DNA of 64,000 nucleotides from Octopus vulgaris (GCA_951406725.2 OX597825.1:84630001-84694000); one strand, 5' to 3'; positions 43,849 through 58,634 are shown, counted from the stretch's first letter. A program made the numbers and translations. The notes: a model not told the origin generated them from the letters alone.

Positions 43849-44313
43849 ACATGTAAAAATGCACATGTATATATATATATTTGTGCATTTATATATCTAC
43901 ATCTAAGTATAAGTGTATAAATATTGAATGTATGTAATATATGTATTCATATATTTTCTTATTCTTTTATCCGCCTCAGCATTAAGCCCGCGGCCATGCT
44001 GGTGCAACGCCTGTGTGATATAAAACAGATAGATACATAGTGCATTTATCTAGGTACATACATATACATGTTCAGGAGCGTCACATGTACAACCAGTCAT
44101 GCATGTGCTTCACACATGCACACACACATTGACACCTTTACGAACACCTACAAACACACACACACACATACGCAAATATATACACGGATACAGAAAGACT
44201 GACAGGGAAGAGCTTTCTTTCCAACACTTTCCTTGAAATATTATTAAGAAAATGATTGCAGTTGATCATAACCGTGTTCTATACAAAGATACACATACAC
44301 ACATATTAATATA

Positions 44314-44377
<64 letters not shown>

Positions 44378-44405
44378 AAAAAGGAGATGTCGAACACGAG
44401 TGGTG

Positions 44406-44609
44406 ATATATAAAAAAGGAAATGAAGAAAATGCTGACAAATAATTGAAGTAATTTAAGTAATTTAATTAGGTGAAAGTTCTTTTTCCGGTTGCGCATTT
44501 GTTATGCTTATATTTTGATAAGCATAACAAATGCGCAACCTAAAGAACTTTCACCTAATTAAATTACTTAAATTACTTCAATTATTTGTCAGCATTTTCT
44601 TCATTTCCT

Positions 44610-44620
<11 letters not shown>
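44406..44620. repeat. near-perfect fold-back (~105-bp arms, 6-nt loop) within (TA)n
   Basis: 44406-44511 pairs with 44518-44620 except for one small bulge. Confidence 0.95.
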
Positions 44621-44657
<37 letters not shown>

Positions 44658-44780
44658 CTAATTATATATATATATACCCATACGTACACACATATATATA
44701 TGTATATATATACATATACATGTATGTACGTCTCTGTCTATCTGTCTGTCTGTCTCTGTCTTTCCCTCTCTCTCTGTCTG

Positions 44781-44835
<55 letters not shown>

Positions 44836-44839
44836 GTTA

Positions 44840-44936
<97 letters not shown>

Positions 44937-45069
44937 AGGTTTGGAGATGATGTATATATATATATAAATATATATATATACGTATATGTATATGTATATA
45001 CATATACCTGCGCAGGAAATTGGTATTAGTCTTCGACGATCGTTTCTTCAATCAGTCACACAATCATTC

Positions 45070-45110
<41 letters not shown>

Positions 45111-46026
45111 GTCAGTCACTCCATTGATCAATAAGTCAATCAATATATAACAATCAAGAAAACTACCTCCAGGTTGTGAATGACTGCGTATCGAATAGAC
45201 ACGTGTATCTTTAACATGGGTAGTGTTCGCGTGGCCGACATTAACTCAATTAAACATCTTTGAATTACGTATACAATTTAATTGGCGGGCTTCAGCACAG
45301 TCTCCACCTCCCTGGTTTCCCCCTTAATTTTGGAGTTCACATGAGCTGATCACGAAGCACACGACCCCAAGAAGCCAGCCAACAGTATCGAACCCATCAC
45401 GTCATGCATTTGAAAAGAACTCCTGAACCATTTTATATTTATATGCAGACGCTCAAGCAGACACACGCAACCACATGGGCGTCCACATGTGCACACATGC
45501 ACTCATATAAACATGTATACCATGTCAGTGCCCATATATATATATATAGCACACAAACAGCTATATACAGATATAAACGCAGGATTGGACAATAAAACAC
45601 GTGCATAGACACAAGTGCGCGCAAAAGTTTTGAAGCGCGTATATAATCAGCTGTATGTGCATATGCATGCAGTCATGCATATAGTGCACGTAGGTATGCA
45701 TTCGCTCTCTCTCCCTCACACACTCAAACGCACACAAGCATTCACACGAACACGCAGACACATACACACACGCATTGACACAGACATGCAGACACACACA
45801 CACACACACAACACACACACACACGCATTCACACAAGAACGCAGAAACACACACACGCAAACACACACACACACGCACACGCCTTCACACAAGAACGCAG
45901 ACACACACACACACAAACAAACACACACACACACACGTACACACACGCGCATTCACACAGACGCGTGGACAGGCACAAACATGCATCCTCATACACTTAT
46001 TCACTGACGCACGAACATATTTATAT

Positions 46027-46320
46027 AGGCGTAGGCCCGGCTGTGAGGCAAGACCTGTGTTTCCGAACCAGATGTCTCCGAGTTCAGTACTGACTGGCAC
46101 CTTGGGCAAGTGATTTCTACTACGTTCGGGTCAATCAAAATCTAGCAACTTTATGTTTCGGCAACAAAAATAAATAAATAAATAAATAAAAAGAGAGAAT
46201 CAGGTGAAATAAGTACCATGCTGCGAGAAATCTATAAATATTGCAGTGGATTGGTTCTGCGAACATTTCTCAAACGATGCCCCAGAATGGCCACAGTCTA
46301 ATGACTGGAGGGAGCAAGAA
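46027..46320 (+). mobile_element. family B SINE, partial
   Basis: aggcgtaggcccggctgtg...ggcaccttgggcaagtg...tgccccagaatggccacagtc. Confidence 0.65.
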
Positions 46321-46400
46321 ACACACACACACACACAAATATACGTTCATACATATATGTGTGTATTTATCGATATATACAATATATGCATATATTTACA

Positions 46401-46446
<46 letters not shown>

Positions 46447-46688
46447 TTTATATAAATATGTGTGTGTGTGTATAAATGTAACATATATATATATATGGGT
46501 GTGTGTGTATGTGAGTGTGTGCACATATACCTATACACACATATTCATACCCACTTACAATTACTCATATATATGTATGTATGTATGTGTATATATGTAT
46601 ATATATAAATATGTATATATGTGCATGTATATATATGTATGTATGTATATGTATGTGTATATATAAATATGTATATATGTACATGTAC

Positions 46689-46740
<52 letters not shown>

Positions 46741-47109
46741 GTGTGTGCAAATGATATATACAACGGTGTCTGCGTTTGTGTGTGTGTGTGTGTGTGTGTG
46801 AATGTATATACATGTGCAAACATGCAGAGATTACCAACGATACGTTCATGCAATGAAGTTCCCACACGCGCTCATGTATTTCCAAGAAGGCATCTAGAAA
46901 TGCCTATATACATACACGCGCCAACGGATTAAGGCAAAGACATGCAATCAGGGGGATTAAGAAACGCGTGCGCCTGCACACACGCACACACACACATGCA
47001 CACACATTCGCACGCGTACTAGTAAATACATACACACGCACACACATGATACGAACATCAAGCAATCACACGCGCCAAGACACCGCATGCGCACCTATGT
47101 AATTATGTG

Positions 47110-47223
<114 letters not shown>

Positions 47224-47302
47224 TATATATATGCACACACATGCACATTTTCTAAATACTTATCGTGGTTATGTAAATGTACGTTAGATATTATCACACA
47301 TA

Positions 47303-47720
47303 CTCTTTACTCTTTACTCTTTTACTTGTTTCAGTCATTTGACTGCGGCCATGCTGGAGCACCGCCTTTAATCGAGCAACTCGTCCACAGGACTTATACT
47401 TTTTGTAACCCCAGGACTTATTCTATCGTTCTCTTTTGCTGAAGCGCTACGTAACGGGGACATAAACACACCAGCATCGGTTGTCAAGCAAAGCTAGGGG
47501 GACAAACACAGACACACAAAAACACACACGCATATATATATATATAATTACATATATACGACGGGTTTCTTTTCAGTTTCCCTCTACCAAATCCAATCAC
47601 AAGGCTTTGGTCGGCCCGATGCTATAGTAGAAGACACTTGCCCAAGGTGCCACGCAGTGGGACTGAACCCGGAACCATGCGGTTGTTAAACAAACTACTT
47701 ACCACACAACCAGTCCTACG
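47303..47720 (-). mobile_element. family B SINE
   Basis: Well-conserved reverse copy with (ctcttta)n tail. Confidence 0.9.
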
Positions 47721-48215
47721 CTCACATACGAAGAAATACAAACAGACGTACAAACATAATAAATATATATGCATGCACACAGACACACATATTGTGTACA
47801 CTTACGACACACAAACATACGCACACGCACAGATATATACGCGCGTATACTTACTCATGCATGCATACATACATACAGGTATTAATACACATAGAAACGA
47901 CACAAACACACACACACATACACACATACGCTACCATGTGTCCAGGCATACACGCTCAAAAAACATGACAACAAATTATTGTTGATGTTGTATAGCCCTG
48001 GGTCATATCTGATAAGGTAGATTTATAATTGAAGGCCTTTCCGCCGTAGCAATCCCGGCGGGTTTCATTGTACACCTAATTTTTGCACAACGTGTTCTTT
48101 ACTTTTACAATATATTGTATTTTGAGGGCGGGTATTTTGACTGCTATATCTAGTGAAGGTTTACCAATGGCTAGGAAAACAACTTCTGTATAAATACAAA
48201 TACATAAATTCGTAT

Positions 48216-48258
<43 letters not shown>

Positions 48259-48636
48259 TATGTAAACATATATATATATGTATATATGTATATATATATA
48301 TGTGAATATATATATGTGTGTATATATATGTATATATATATATGTATATATGTATATATATATATATCTATTGCTTCTGTTTTGCATATGTGAATTACAG
48401 GGTCTGTCATGCCCGGAGTCCAACTTTGATAGAAATAAGCATTCTTGACTGCTATTTCTATTTTTTCGGTATGCGGTCAAACAACCTGTTTTGCCTGTCC
48501 CTTTTTCTTATATACAATATATATACTGAACTTTACAGAAGTTCCTGCCGGTAATCGGCTATATTTACATACCGAATTCTACCAGTAAATAATTGGGGTT
48601 TTTTTAAAAGCCTTTATAGAAATTATTTACTCTTAT

Positions 48637-48678
<42 letters not shown>

Positions 48679-49039
48679 GTATATATATAATCAACACAAA
48701 CAAATGTGTGTACGTATATATGCATACATGCACATCCATATATATATATAAGTACAATGTGTGTGTGTATATGTCCTTATGTGTATATATGTGTATATAA
48801 AATGTGTATGTTTATCCATTTATCTATTTATTTACCTCTCTCTCTCTCTCTCTATTTATCTGCCAAATGTGAATGAGTGTTTGTATGTAATTCTATATGT
48901 ATGTATGGACCTGAACAGCTGATTGTAGTTGGGGAACACACAGACAAACCGGAATATAAGTAGCCTTATCATAGCAACTGGCCCTAAAACATGTTATAAA
49001 AGAAAAGCGGATCCATGAAATATAGGGACATGTGCTGCC

Positions 49040-49823
49040 CAGCTACGTCAGTCAGAATTTAACTGGTATTTATGTTATGGTGGGTCCCAAGAGTAAGGAA
49101 TTTGTGTCCACGAAACATTGATCTTACCGGAATTTTAACTGACGAAATGAAAAGGAACGGAAGTAAATACTGTAGGAAAGTTTTGTTTCCAGCCCTGTCC
49201 CTTAGGCCCGGTGTTTTGCTTTCCTCTTAATAATCTACCAACTCTGGGGCCTAGAGAATCATAAGTATAATTTTTAGTTTTCACTCAGTCATAAAGCCAG
49301 CAGGTTGATTGCAATCGATGACCCCTACAACTGGGGCTAGAATAATAGCTTCAGTTGTTGATTGGTACATTATTTCACCGATCTCAGGAATGTTGAAATG
49401 CAAAATAGCCCTCACCAGGATTGAACTCGGGACGTAAAGAATCATGAGCAAATGTATTAAAGAATGTTATCCGACGTTCTAATAGCATCTGCAAATCAAT
49501 CGCCGTTATTGTCAAACATAAACACAGAACCTCAAATCCAGTTCGTGTGGGGTATAGACGTGTATATCGCCTCTTGTATTTAATCTAACAATTCCCTACT
49601 TAGGCACACGGGGCATCCTGTCTTTTTAGTAGGGAGCTTCAGGGAATTATATGAACATAAGTATTTCCCTCGTATTATATATGTTATTAAAATCCTGCCA
49701 CCCGCCGCCGGAGACTTCACGATATTCGAACCCAGTGTACACCAAACAATAACAATGTTTTTGACACATCATTCTACTGTCTGACGTTCTACACATTACC
49801 CCTTTACAGAGGAAATCATCACA

Positions 49824-49916
<93 letters not shown>

Positions 49917-50245
49917 TTTCTTTTTTTGGCACAAAACAAGCAGTTTTAAGGGGGGAAAAGTCGAGCCAAGTACTTGGTTGGTTCGAATTTTCTCGACCCC
50001 GAAAGTATGAAAGGCAAAGTCCACCTTGATCTAATTTGAACACAGCACGTAGAGCCGAAAGAAAAGCCGCTAAGGTTTTTGTCCTGCTCGCAAACGATAC
50101 TGCCAGTTTCTGACGCAAGCACAAACCCTGAAATCTAGTGAAGGGGTCAGTCCCCTTGATTATGTTGACCCTCATCCCCGTACTTGTACTGATATTTTAA
50201 TTTGTTGACCTCGGACCTAGGATGAACGGTAAAGTTGGCACCGGT
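49040..50245 (-). mobile_element. cluster of about 4 decayed family A SINEs in the same orientation
   Basis: Partial matches at ~49040-49200, 49300-49505, 49925-50110 and 50115-50245. Confidence 0.6.
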
Positions 50246-50503
50246 GATAGTAAATATTGCTGTCAATGATGATGTCGATGGCGATGATGATAATGATGAT
50301 GATTATTATTATTTTGGTGATAATATTGATAATATCTGTCACTGGCCCGAAGGGCCCAAGATGCTGAGTTCAACTCGAAGACGTGTACATTTTGTTGTCT
50401 TATGTAATAATGAAAACAAATTCCGATATTTGCAATAGGGAAAGCCGGATGAGAGGGGACATTACAACAGACACGCTACAACAACAACAACAACAACAAC
50501 AAC

Positions 50504-50544
<41 letters not shown>

Positions 50545-50688
50545 TGATAATAATAAATAATGACAAAATTAACTGCAATAACAACAAATAATTAAAGCCT
50601 AATGATGACAAATACACAATGCAAAATACCTTTTCGCAAAAGCAGTAGCGACAAAGAAAAGAAAAGAAGAATTTAAAGCTTGACTTAC

Positions 50689-50758
50689 CATCACATACCA
50701 CTGTGGGGATGGTCATGTGGAGAATATAGATCACATAGATTTGTAGATAATATACCAT
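50689..50758 (-). CDS. candidate first coding exon encoding a signal peptide (secreted or membrane protein)
   Basis: catcATGG start; MVYYLQIYVIYILHMTIPTVVCD+G ends at a consensus G|GTAAGT donor in phase 1; unique, non-TE sequence. No homology recognised. Confidence 0.4.
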
Positions 50759-50894
50759 GATGTGTGAGCAGAAATATTTGTGGTATTGTTACTGTTGTTA
50801 TCGTTGAGGTGTTATATTTTTGTTGTGCTATACATAGGGATATATATGGGAGTGTGTAAGATCATATACACATGTATGTATATATACATATATG

Positions 50895-50925
<31 letters not shown>

Positions 50926-51457
50926 GTATTTTTTCTATGTGTATGTTTTCTCCTAAGGGGGGTCGAAACCTGCTACGTCCGTCTAGTTCGATCCCTCATA
51001 TATGAGGCTCAGGTCCCACCTCACTCTCTAGGTTGGTGGGGAGGAAAAAAAATTAGGGATTCCTTTTTTTTTTCTTTTTCGTGTTTAAGGAAGCGAAAAA
51101 GCCAACGAGATATATATAAGGTTAAAAGATAGAAAGAAAGAGACAAGGAGATAGAGAAAGATGAAGAGAAAGATGAAGAGAGAGAGAGGGAGAGAGAGAG
51201 AAAGAGGAGTGAGGAGAAATATTATGTATGTGTATAGAGGGGATAGTTTTCTGTGTAGGTGTGAGTGTGTGTGTGGTTGTGTGTGTATATGTGTGTGCGT
51301 GTGTGTATGTGTGTGTATGTCCCCGTGTGTGTGTCAGCACGTAGGTCTGTGTGTTTTCGCAGGCGTGTGGATAAGTGAGTGTGTGCGTTTCTATGTGTAT
51401 ATGTATGTGTTTGTATGTATGCGTGTATGTGTGAGTTTATATGTGTATATGTATATG

Positions 51458-51526
<69 letters not shown>

Positions 51527-52856
51527 ATCGGTGTAAACAATGTAACTTAGACACTTCTAAAGAGAGAGAGAAACAAAAAGATTCAGAGGGGGAGAGCGTG
51601 AGAGTGGGAGAAAGAGAGAGAAAGAAAGGCAAAAAGAAAGAGTGAAGGAGAGAAGGGAAAGAGAGAGAGAGAGAGTATAACAGACAAACAGTAAATGATG
51701 GATTAACCGAATAAGAGGGTGAGGTGGAGAGATGTGATGGATTAGCTGTGAATGTGTGTGTAGGTGTGTGTGCGCGCGAGTGTATTAGAGAGAAAGGGAG
51801 GAGGTGAGAGAGAGAGAAGAATGGAGAGAGAGAGATAAGGTGGGAGAGAGAGAGAGAGAGATGTATTTGACAATAGTTGGTTAGATTCTTTGCCGGAATT
51901 GAAACCAGTACCCTTAGCTCCGCATTGTTAGAGGATGCCTGGTGAGTGTAAACAGAGTCAGTGTGTATATAACACTGTGTATATGTCTGTATGACCAGAG
52001 TGAACGAAGAGAACCGAAAGAAAAACGAACGAAAAGCAAAAGAAAAAAAAACCTAAACAAATATTCGTTCACTCGTTATTATTATGATTGTTGTTGTTGT
52101 TGTTGTTGTTAGAGGAATTTTTTAAACTTTTTTATTGCATTCTTGTTTCATTTTATTTTGTTTGTTTCTTTTTTTTTTACATTATTTCAAAAAAACTTTC
52201 TCTTTCCAAAAAATGGTAACAAATAATTTCCCATCTTTCTGGACTTTTCCTGTTTACTTTTGGTTCGTTTGTTTCCTTCTTTCTTTCTTTCTATCTATTC
52301 TTCTTTTTTCCTTCTTCTTTACTCTTTCCTTCCTGCCTTTCTTTCACATTATCTTTCCTCTCTTACTCTCTCTCTGTCTCTCTCTCTCTCTTTCCCTCTC
52401 TCTCTCTCCGTTTCTTTAAAATATTTTTAAATATAAATCCATCACGTTTTCTATTTTGGAAAATTCCGCACCGAATACTTTCCCAATTCTTCTTCTTGTT
52501 ATTGCTGTTGTTGTTGTTGATGATGGGGAGGGTGGCGAGGACCCAGTGGTTGTTGTTGTTATTCTTGTTGTCACTGTGCCCGTGGTGGTGTTGGCGGCGA
52601 GAGAGATAATCGTCTTGTTATTGTTCTTATATTGGATATTTTTACGCTTTCTGTTATTGATATTATTGTTTGGTATTATGTTGGTATTTATTGGTGTTGT
52701 TGTTATTGTAGCAGGAGCAGCAGTAGCGGTATGAGTAACAGTTGTGAGGCTGGCACTTGTTGTGACGCTGCTTCTTACTGCTATCGCATTCGCGAGACCT
52801 GTGTTTGCACCTATAAATATTACTATTATTATTATTATTATTATTGCCACTGTTGA

Positions 52857-52960
<104 letters not shown>

Positions 52961-53054
52961 TACAAGTTGTTATTGTAGTATTGATAATGTTATTAAGGAT
53001 GTATTTGTCTTTTGTATTTGTCGATGTTTAAATTGTTGCTGTTGTGGCTTTTGC

Positions 53055-53092
<38 letters not shown>

Positions 53093-53367
53093 TGTGCGAG
53101 CACTAGTACAGCTGCTGCTACTGCTACGACTACTACTGCTTCTTCTGCCTGATGCTATTCGTACTACTGCTGCACCTGTCGCTGCAACGGCAGCTGTTTG
53201 TTGTTGTTGTTCTTCTTCTTGCTGTTACTGTCGTCCGTTGCCGCCGCCGTCGTCGCCTACGATGCGGTGATGTTATGGCGGCGTCGTACTGTTCGAATTG
53301 TGATATTGGTGGTAGCTTCGGTAGTGGTGGTGGTGTTGTTGGTGGTGTCGGTGCGGTGCGGGTTTCT

Positions 53368-53494
53368 CTATTGCCGTTTCCCTTCTGACGCCAGCTTCAT
53401 CCACGAAGATGATGTCAAACACACTTTACTCTCCTTCTTGTTCTCTCCCTTCACAGAAGGAATAACGGCGTGGTCTCTTACCAGGTTCCTCCAT
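53368..53494 (-). other. candidate exon start (UTR or short coding)
   Basis: Long pyrimidine tract followed by tgatcAG acceptor at 53496-53495; unique GC-richer sequence follows. A G|GTAAGA donor-like site lies 13 nt in. The end coordinate is only the stop of one frame. Confidence 0.3.
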
Positions 53495-53674
53495 CTGATC
53501 ACATTGGAGGAAAAGAGAGACGGAAAGAGATTAAGAGAGAGAGAGAGAGAGAGACAGAGACAGAGAAAGAAAGTGAAGGACAGACAGTCAGAGAGTATTA
53601 TGTGAAATGTGGGGGAAAAATACACCCATCGAATGAAACGGACAGAATCACATACCTGCAACGCACACACACAC

Positions 53675-53790
<116 letters not shown>

Positions 53791-53916
53791 GCATATGTAT
53801 AGGCATGTATCTATGTATGCATGCTCGTATGTGTGTGCATGCGTATGTGTGTATAATCGAGGATTGAGAGCCGACAAACTAGACCAGGAAAAACACCATG
53901 CGTGTACGCATGTATG

Positions 53917-53953
<37 letters not shown>

Positions 53954-53961
53954 GTATATAA

Positions 53962-54039
<78 letters not shown>

Positions 54040-54654
54040 GTATGTATATATATATGCATACATATTTCTATATACATACATAGATACATGTGTATACACC
54101 TGTACATATTTATTATATACATGCTCACACAAAGCCATATATATACATATATGAATGTATGTATATGTGCGAATGCACAGAAGGACCACAAGTGGGGATG
54201 ATAGAAAATCCTTTATTTCCGTTTAGTATTTATTTTATTTTAAATTTATTCATTTCTAATACAACAACAACAACAACAGCAATAATCAATTTTGATTTTG
54301 CTGTCTTTGTTGTTGTTGTTGCTGTTGTATTTAATGGGATTATGAATATCGGGAGATAAACCTGTAATTAAATTATTTAATCTTTATGTTTTGTATGTTA
54401 ATAGTGTTTATTTAGTCTCATTTCACAGTCAGTTGTCAGCGTCACACACACACACACACACACACATACACACACATACACACAGGTTCATACAAACATA
54501 CATATGCATACGTACACACATAGGATGTCCCTACATAGTTTATGTACATACATGCATACACACACACACACATATACATGTACAAACACGCATATATCCA
54601 TATAAATATGCATATATATATATATGTGTGTGTGTGTGTATGTGTGTCTGTGTA

Positions 54655-54706
<52 letters not shown>

Positions 54707-54949
54707 AGTATATGTATAAATATACATATATGGGCGGTGCCCCAGCATGCCTCAGCCGGATGGCTGAAACAAGTAAAAGAGTAAAAGAGTATATATATAT
54801 GTGTGTGTGTATATATGCATATATAAATATATGCATATATACTCGAGGATTTACGGTATATATATATACAAGCACGCACTCACACACACACACACGCACT
54901 CACACACACACACACGCACTCACACACACACACACAAACTTGTAAAACG

Positions 54950-55775
54950 TATCTTGTCTTTTATGCTTCACTATTTTCAGTCATTAGACTCCAGTATTTG
55001 TTTTCGTTTTGAAGCATCATACTTATTCTATCGTACTATCTTGTCGAACTGCTAAGTTAGGGAGACACAAACACACCAACACCGGCTGTCAAGTGGTGGT
55101 GGAAGACAACTGGAGACACAAAGACACGCATACACACAAACATACACACACATATGCATACATACACAAATGCATATATAAATACATGCATACATACGTA
55201 CATACATACATACACAAATACATACATACATTCATACATACATAAATACATACATACATAAATACATACATGCGAGAATGTCAAGATATGCGACTATATG
55301 CATGAGAATAAATGCTTAGAAACAAAGATACCCTGTTGTTGATGTTGAAATTCCAGTGAAGGATCCTTGGATCTAGGTTAGAAACCGGTTCTTTCGATGT
55401 TGGCAAGAAATCTTGAAATAAACTGAATAATGATCTACATGTATATAAACAAACAAAAATACCCTGTTGGTGATGTTGAAATTCCAATGAAGGATCCTTG
55501 GATCTAGGTTAGAAACCGCTTCTTTCTATATTGGCAAGGAATCTTGAAATAAACCAAATTATGACATACATATTTATATACATACTTACATACATACATG
55601 CATGCATTCATATATATGCATACATGTTTCTATGTATAAATGACAGGCCTCTTTCAGTTTCCGTCCACCAATTCCAGTTACAAGACTTTGGTAGGACCGA
55701 GGCTGTAGAAGAAAACACTTGACCAAGTGGCCACAAAGAGAGATTGAACCTGGAACCATGTAGTTGGTAAGTAAG
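54950..55775 (-). mobile_element. family B SINE split by an insertion in its internal microsatellite
   Basis: 3' half at 54950-55120, 5' half at ~55620-55775. Confidence 0.7.
55320..55560 (+). repeat. tandem dimer of a ~130-bp unit with (ATAC)n tail
   Basis: ataccctgttg.tgatgttgaaattcca.tgaaggatccttggatctaggttagaaacc occurs at ~55328 and ~55459. Confidence 0.9.
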
Positions 55776-56818
55776 TTTATGTATGCAGACCCCCCTCACA
55801 CACACATACACACACACAGTGTGCATTTTTGTCTCTAAGACTGTGGGTGTGATTTGAGGGATGTCTAGGAGCTATGTCTTGCAGGATCTGGAGGTGGGTA
55901 GTCATTCCTCTGGGAAGTAATAAAGGGAATGTCTATGAAGGTAACTCATTACATTTGTGCTGTTCATAGACTAACTTTGAAACAACATAAGAATCCCAAT
56001 TCAGTCATTTGAAATGCTAGACGTAAGAACCAGAACCGCCCTCAAATCATGACCTAGAGGCCATGGAGATAAAATCATAAAATAGAGGTGGAATGGTCAC
56101 GACTGGACTGTCTTTGATCTTAAGCCTGCTACGTCAACATTGAAGTATAATTTAACAACAACAACAATAGCCACACAGACAACAACAAAACAGCAACACC
56201 TGTGACATTTTCTAAAATAGATATTGTTTTTGGTCCTCTCGGTATAAAAATCTTTCAATTTTAAGAGAAAATATAAATGCTAATTGGTGGCTCTCAATAT
56301 ATTCTCAAAGATTCTCACAACGCAATAGAATGCAGATGGAAACCCTCAAGCGGATTCTGTCGTTTTTATGTCATTGTCGCACGCCATGCTGTATTTAATG
56401 ATCAACAGGAGAAGGACGTTAATTCCTTTCTTTAATAATTTATAATCAGCCAGAATGTATGTCACTGCTGCAAGATCTACAAATTAACCATCAAGAAGTA
56501 CATTTCACACCAGCCGTCTTTCTTACATTCTGTATTATAAATATGTCTGAGTTTCTATACGTGTGGGTGGTTGAATGTTTCCTTTCGTTTTTCTGGAACA
56601 ACTCGACGCATTGGTGAACAGTCAACGGTGTTGAAGAGCATAAATATTAAGGCTGTAGTTGAAAACACATCAGCTTCTATGGAGGACAGGAAGCCATCTG
56701 GAATACTGGAAAAACTTTATCTGTGCCATGGTGATTCACTGCGTGTATCAAATTGCTGATATGACGAGTGCAATTCAGTGGTTACTGAATACTCTAAGGG
56801 CTGTAAGATGTGACATGA

Positions 56819-56860
<42 letters not shown>

Positions 56861-57019
56861 ATATATATATAATAGAAATATTAAAATTACTAAGTCTCTC
56901 TAAAGGAGATTACGACAGCGTTACTGGAAATTAATAGTTATCGCCATACTAATATGGCAGTCTTATAAATATAAGACTAAAGCTGTCGCTGATTAGTTCC
57001 ATGAGGCCATCGCCTTAAG

Positions 57020-57060
<41 letters not shown>

Positions 57061-57139
57061 AACATACAAACATACACACATACATACATACATACATACA
57101 TACACACACAGGTACATGCCATGATAGATCATTAGCCAC

Positions 57140-57332
57140 TACGCATTTTTTTCCTCTCCTTTTTTTCTCTCCTTGTTTCGCTCCTTGGTTTTTCTGTGTA
57201 CCTTTCTGTAGAAGAGCGTAGGCTCGAAACGTAAAAGACTTTTTCTATTCCTGAGCGCTATACTAATACATCTGTTTGCTTCGTACACCACCTGTCCTCG
57301 TCTTTTGTTTTTTTTTCGTAAACTTTCCCTAT
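57140..57332 (+). mobile_element. PLE-like terminal repeat family P2
   Basis: Second partial copy at 34710-34790; contains a hammerhead variant. Confidence 0.6.
57202..57237 (+). ncRNA. 36-nt hammerhead-like motif with variant core
   Basis: CTTT-CTGTAGA-A-GAGCgtagGCTC-GAAA-CG-TA-AAAG. Confidence 0.55.
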
Positions 57333-57589
57333 ACATATATATGCAGATACACTTTAACTTATAATCATTAGATTACACACATATAGAACGGGCATCTTTC
57401 AGTTTCTTTCTACACTCTTTCTTCACTGAGAAGCATTTAGTCTTTTCGAGACACTAGTAAATGACATTCGCTCAATGCTCCACGAAGTGGGACTGAACCC
57501 GAAACTACGTGGTTGGGGAACAAGCTTCTTGACACACAGAGACGCTAGCCCCTATATATGTGTATATATATATATATATAATAATAAAT

Positions 57590-57949
57590 ATTAGGGAATA
57601 AATCCAAACTTACAGGGAAAAATCAGATTTAGGATTGAATCCAATTTTATAGTAAAATATTATATTATATTAAATTAGAGACAAAACCACTATTAGGCAA
57701 ATCATACAATGAAAAACTTAAGCCAATATTGGTTTAAACCTCGCCAATATAAATATTTAAACCACCTGATGAATGAATGTAACTTGAAAATTTAAAGAAA
57801 TTAACAGCCATGAAACGATCGTAGTGATATATTAATTATATTTTTTTAATAATTTTGTTATATATTTAATTAATATAAATTAAATAATCTTATGTATTGG
57901 CTTAAGTTTTTCATTGTATGATTTGCCTAATAGTGGTTTTGTCTCTAAT

Positions 57950-57960
<11 letters not shown>
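57590..57960 (+). mobile_element. PLE-like remnant with perfect 60-bp inverted arms, within (TA)n
   Basis: 57669-57728 is the reverse complement of 57895-57954; hammerhead lies in the spacer. Confidence 0.7.
57763..57826 (+). ncRNA. minimal type-I hammerhead ribozyme motif
   Basis: CAC-CTGATGA-ATGaaTGTAA..TTAACAgcCAT-GAAA-CGATCG-TA-GTG. Confidence 0.72.
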
Positions 57961-58021
<61 letters not shown>

Positions 58022-58138
58022 GTTTTTTGTGCTCGGAGTGTATCGTGTTCATATAGTGATTTAATTTTCGAAATTAATATCTGGCTAATCTTGACTGTGA
58101 TACGCCCCAACATGAACGTGCCCTGTTACATGTAATTT

Positions 58139-58175
<37 letters not shown>

Positions 58176-58200
58176 TATACATATATATATACATATATAT

Positions 58201-58620
58201 ATAGTAGAGGAAAAATTATAAATTATAAATAGGCAGAATGCTAAATTGAAGGTAAATTTTAATAAACATGTGTGTAAGGAAAATTACAAAAATAATAACT
58301 CTAACCAGTTTTCAGGGCAAAGCAAATATCCAAGATTTGAAATGTGAAAATATTTTTTTTTTAAATTGAGGAAGGGGAAAAAATAAATTTACAATGTTTT
58401 TTTCCCCAAAAAATAATATTAAACATACACAAAAATTAAAATTTCATTTTCCCCTCCCTCAATTTAAAAAAAAATTCTTTTCACCTTTCAAATCTTGAAA
58501 ATTTGCTTTGCGATGCAAACTGGTTAGAGTTATTATTTTTGTAATTTTCCTTACACCCATGTTTATTAAAATTTACCTTCAATTTGCATTCTGCCTTTTT
58601 ATAATTTTTCCTCTACTATA
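58201..58620. repeat. fold-back element (~190-bp imperfect arms) within (TA)n
   Basis: atagtagaggaaaaattata... pairs with ...tataatttttcctctactat. Confidence 0.9.
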
Positions 58621-58634
58621 TATATATATATATC

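Noticed and set aside
45030-45060. GAAA-CGATCG-TC on the minus strand
   Set aside because: The upstream ctgattga comes from a (CAAT)n repeat and there is no stem II.
53270-53605. Plus-strand type II membrane protein-like start MLWRRRTVRIVILVV...
   Set aside because: Hydrophobicity derives from (GTT/GGT)n repeats, the frame runs into (GA)n without a good donor, and splice signals favour the minus strand.
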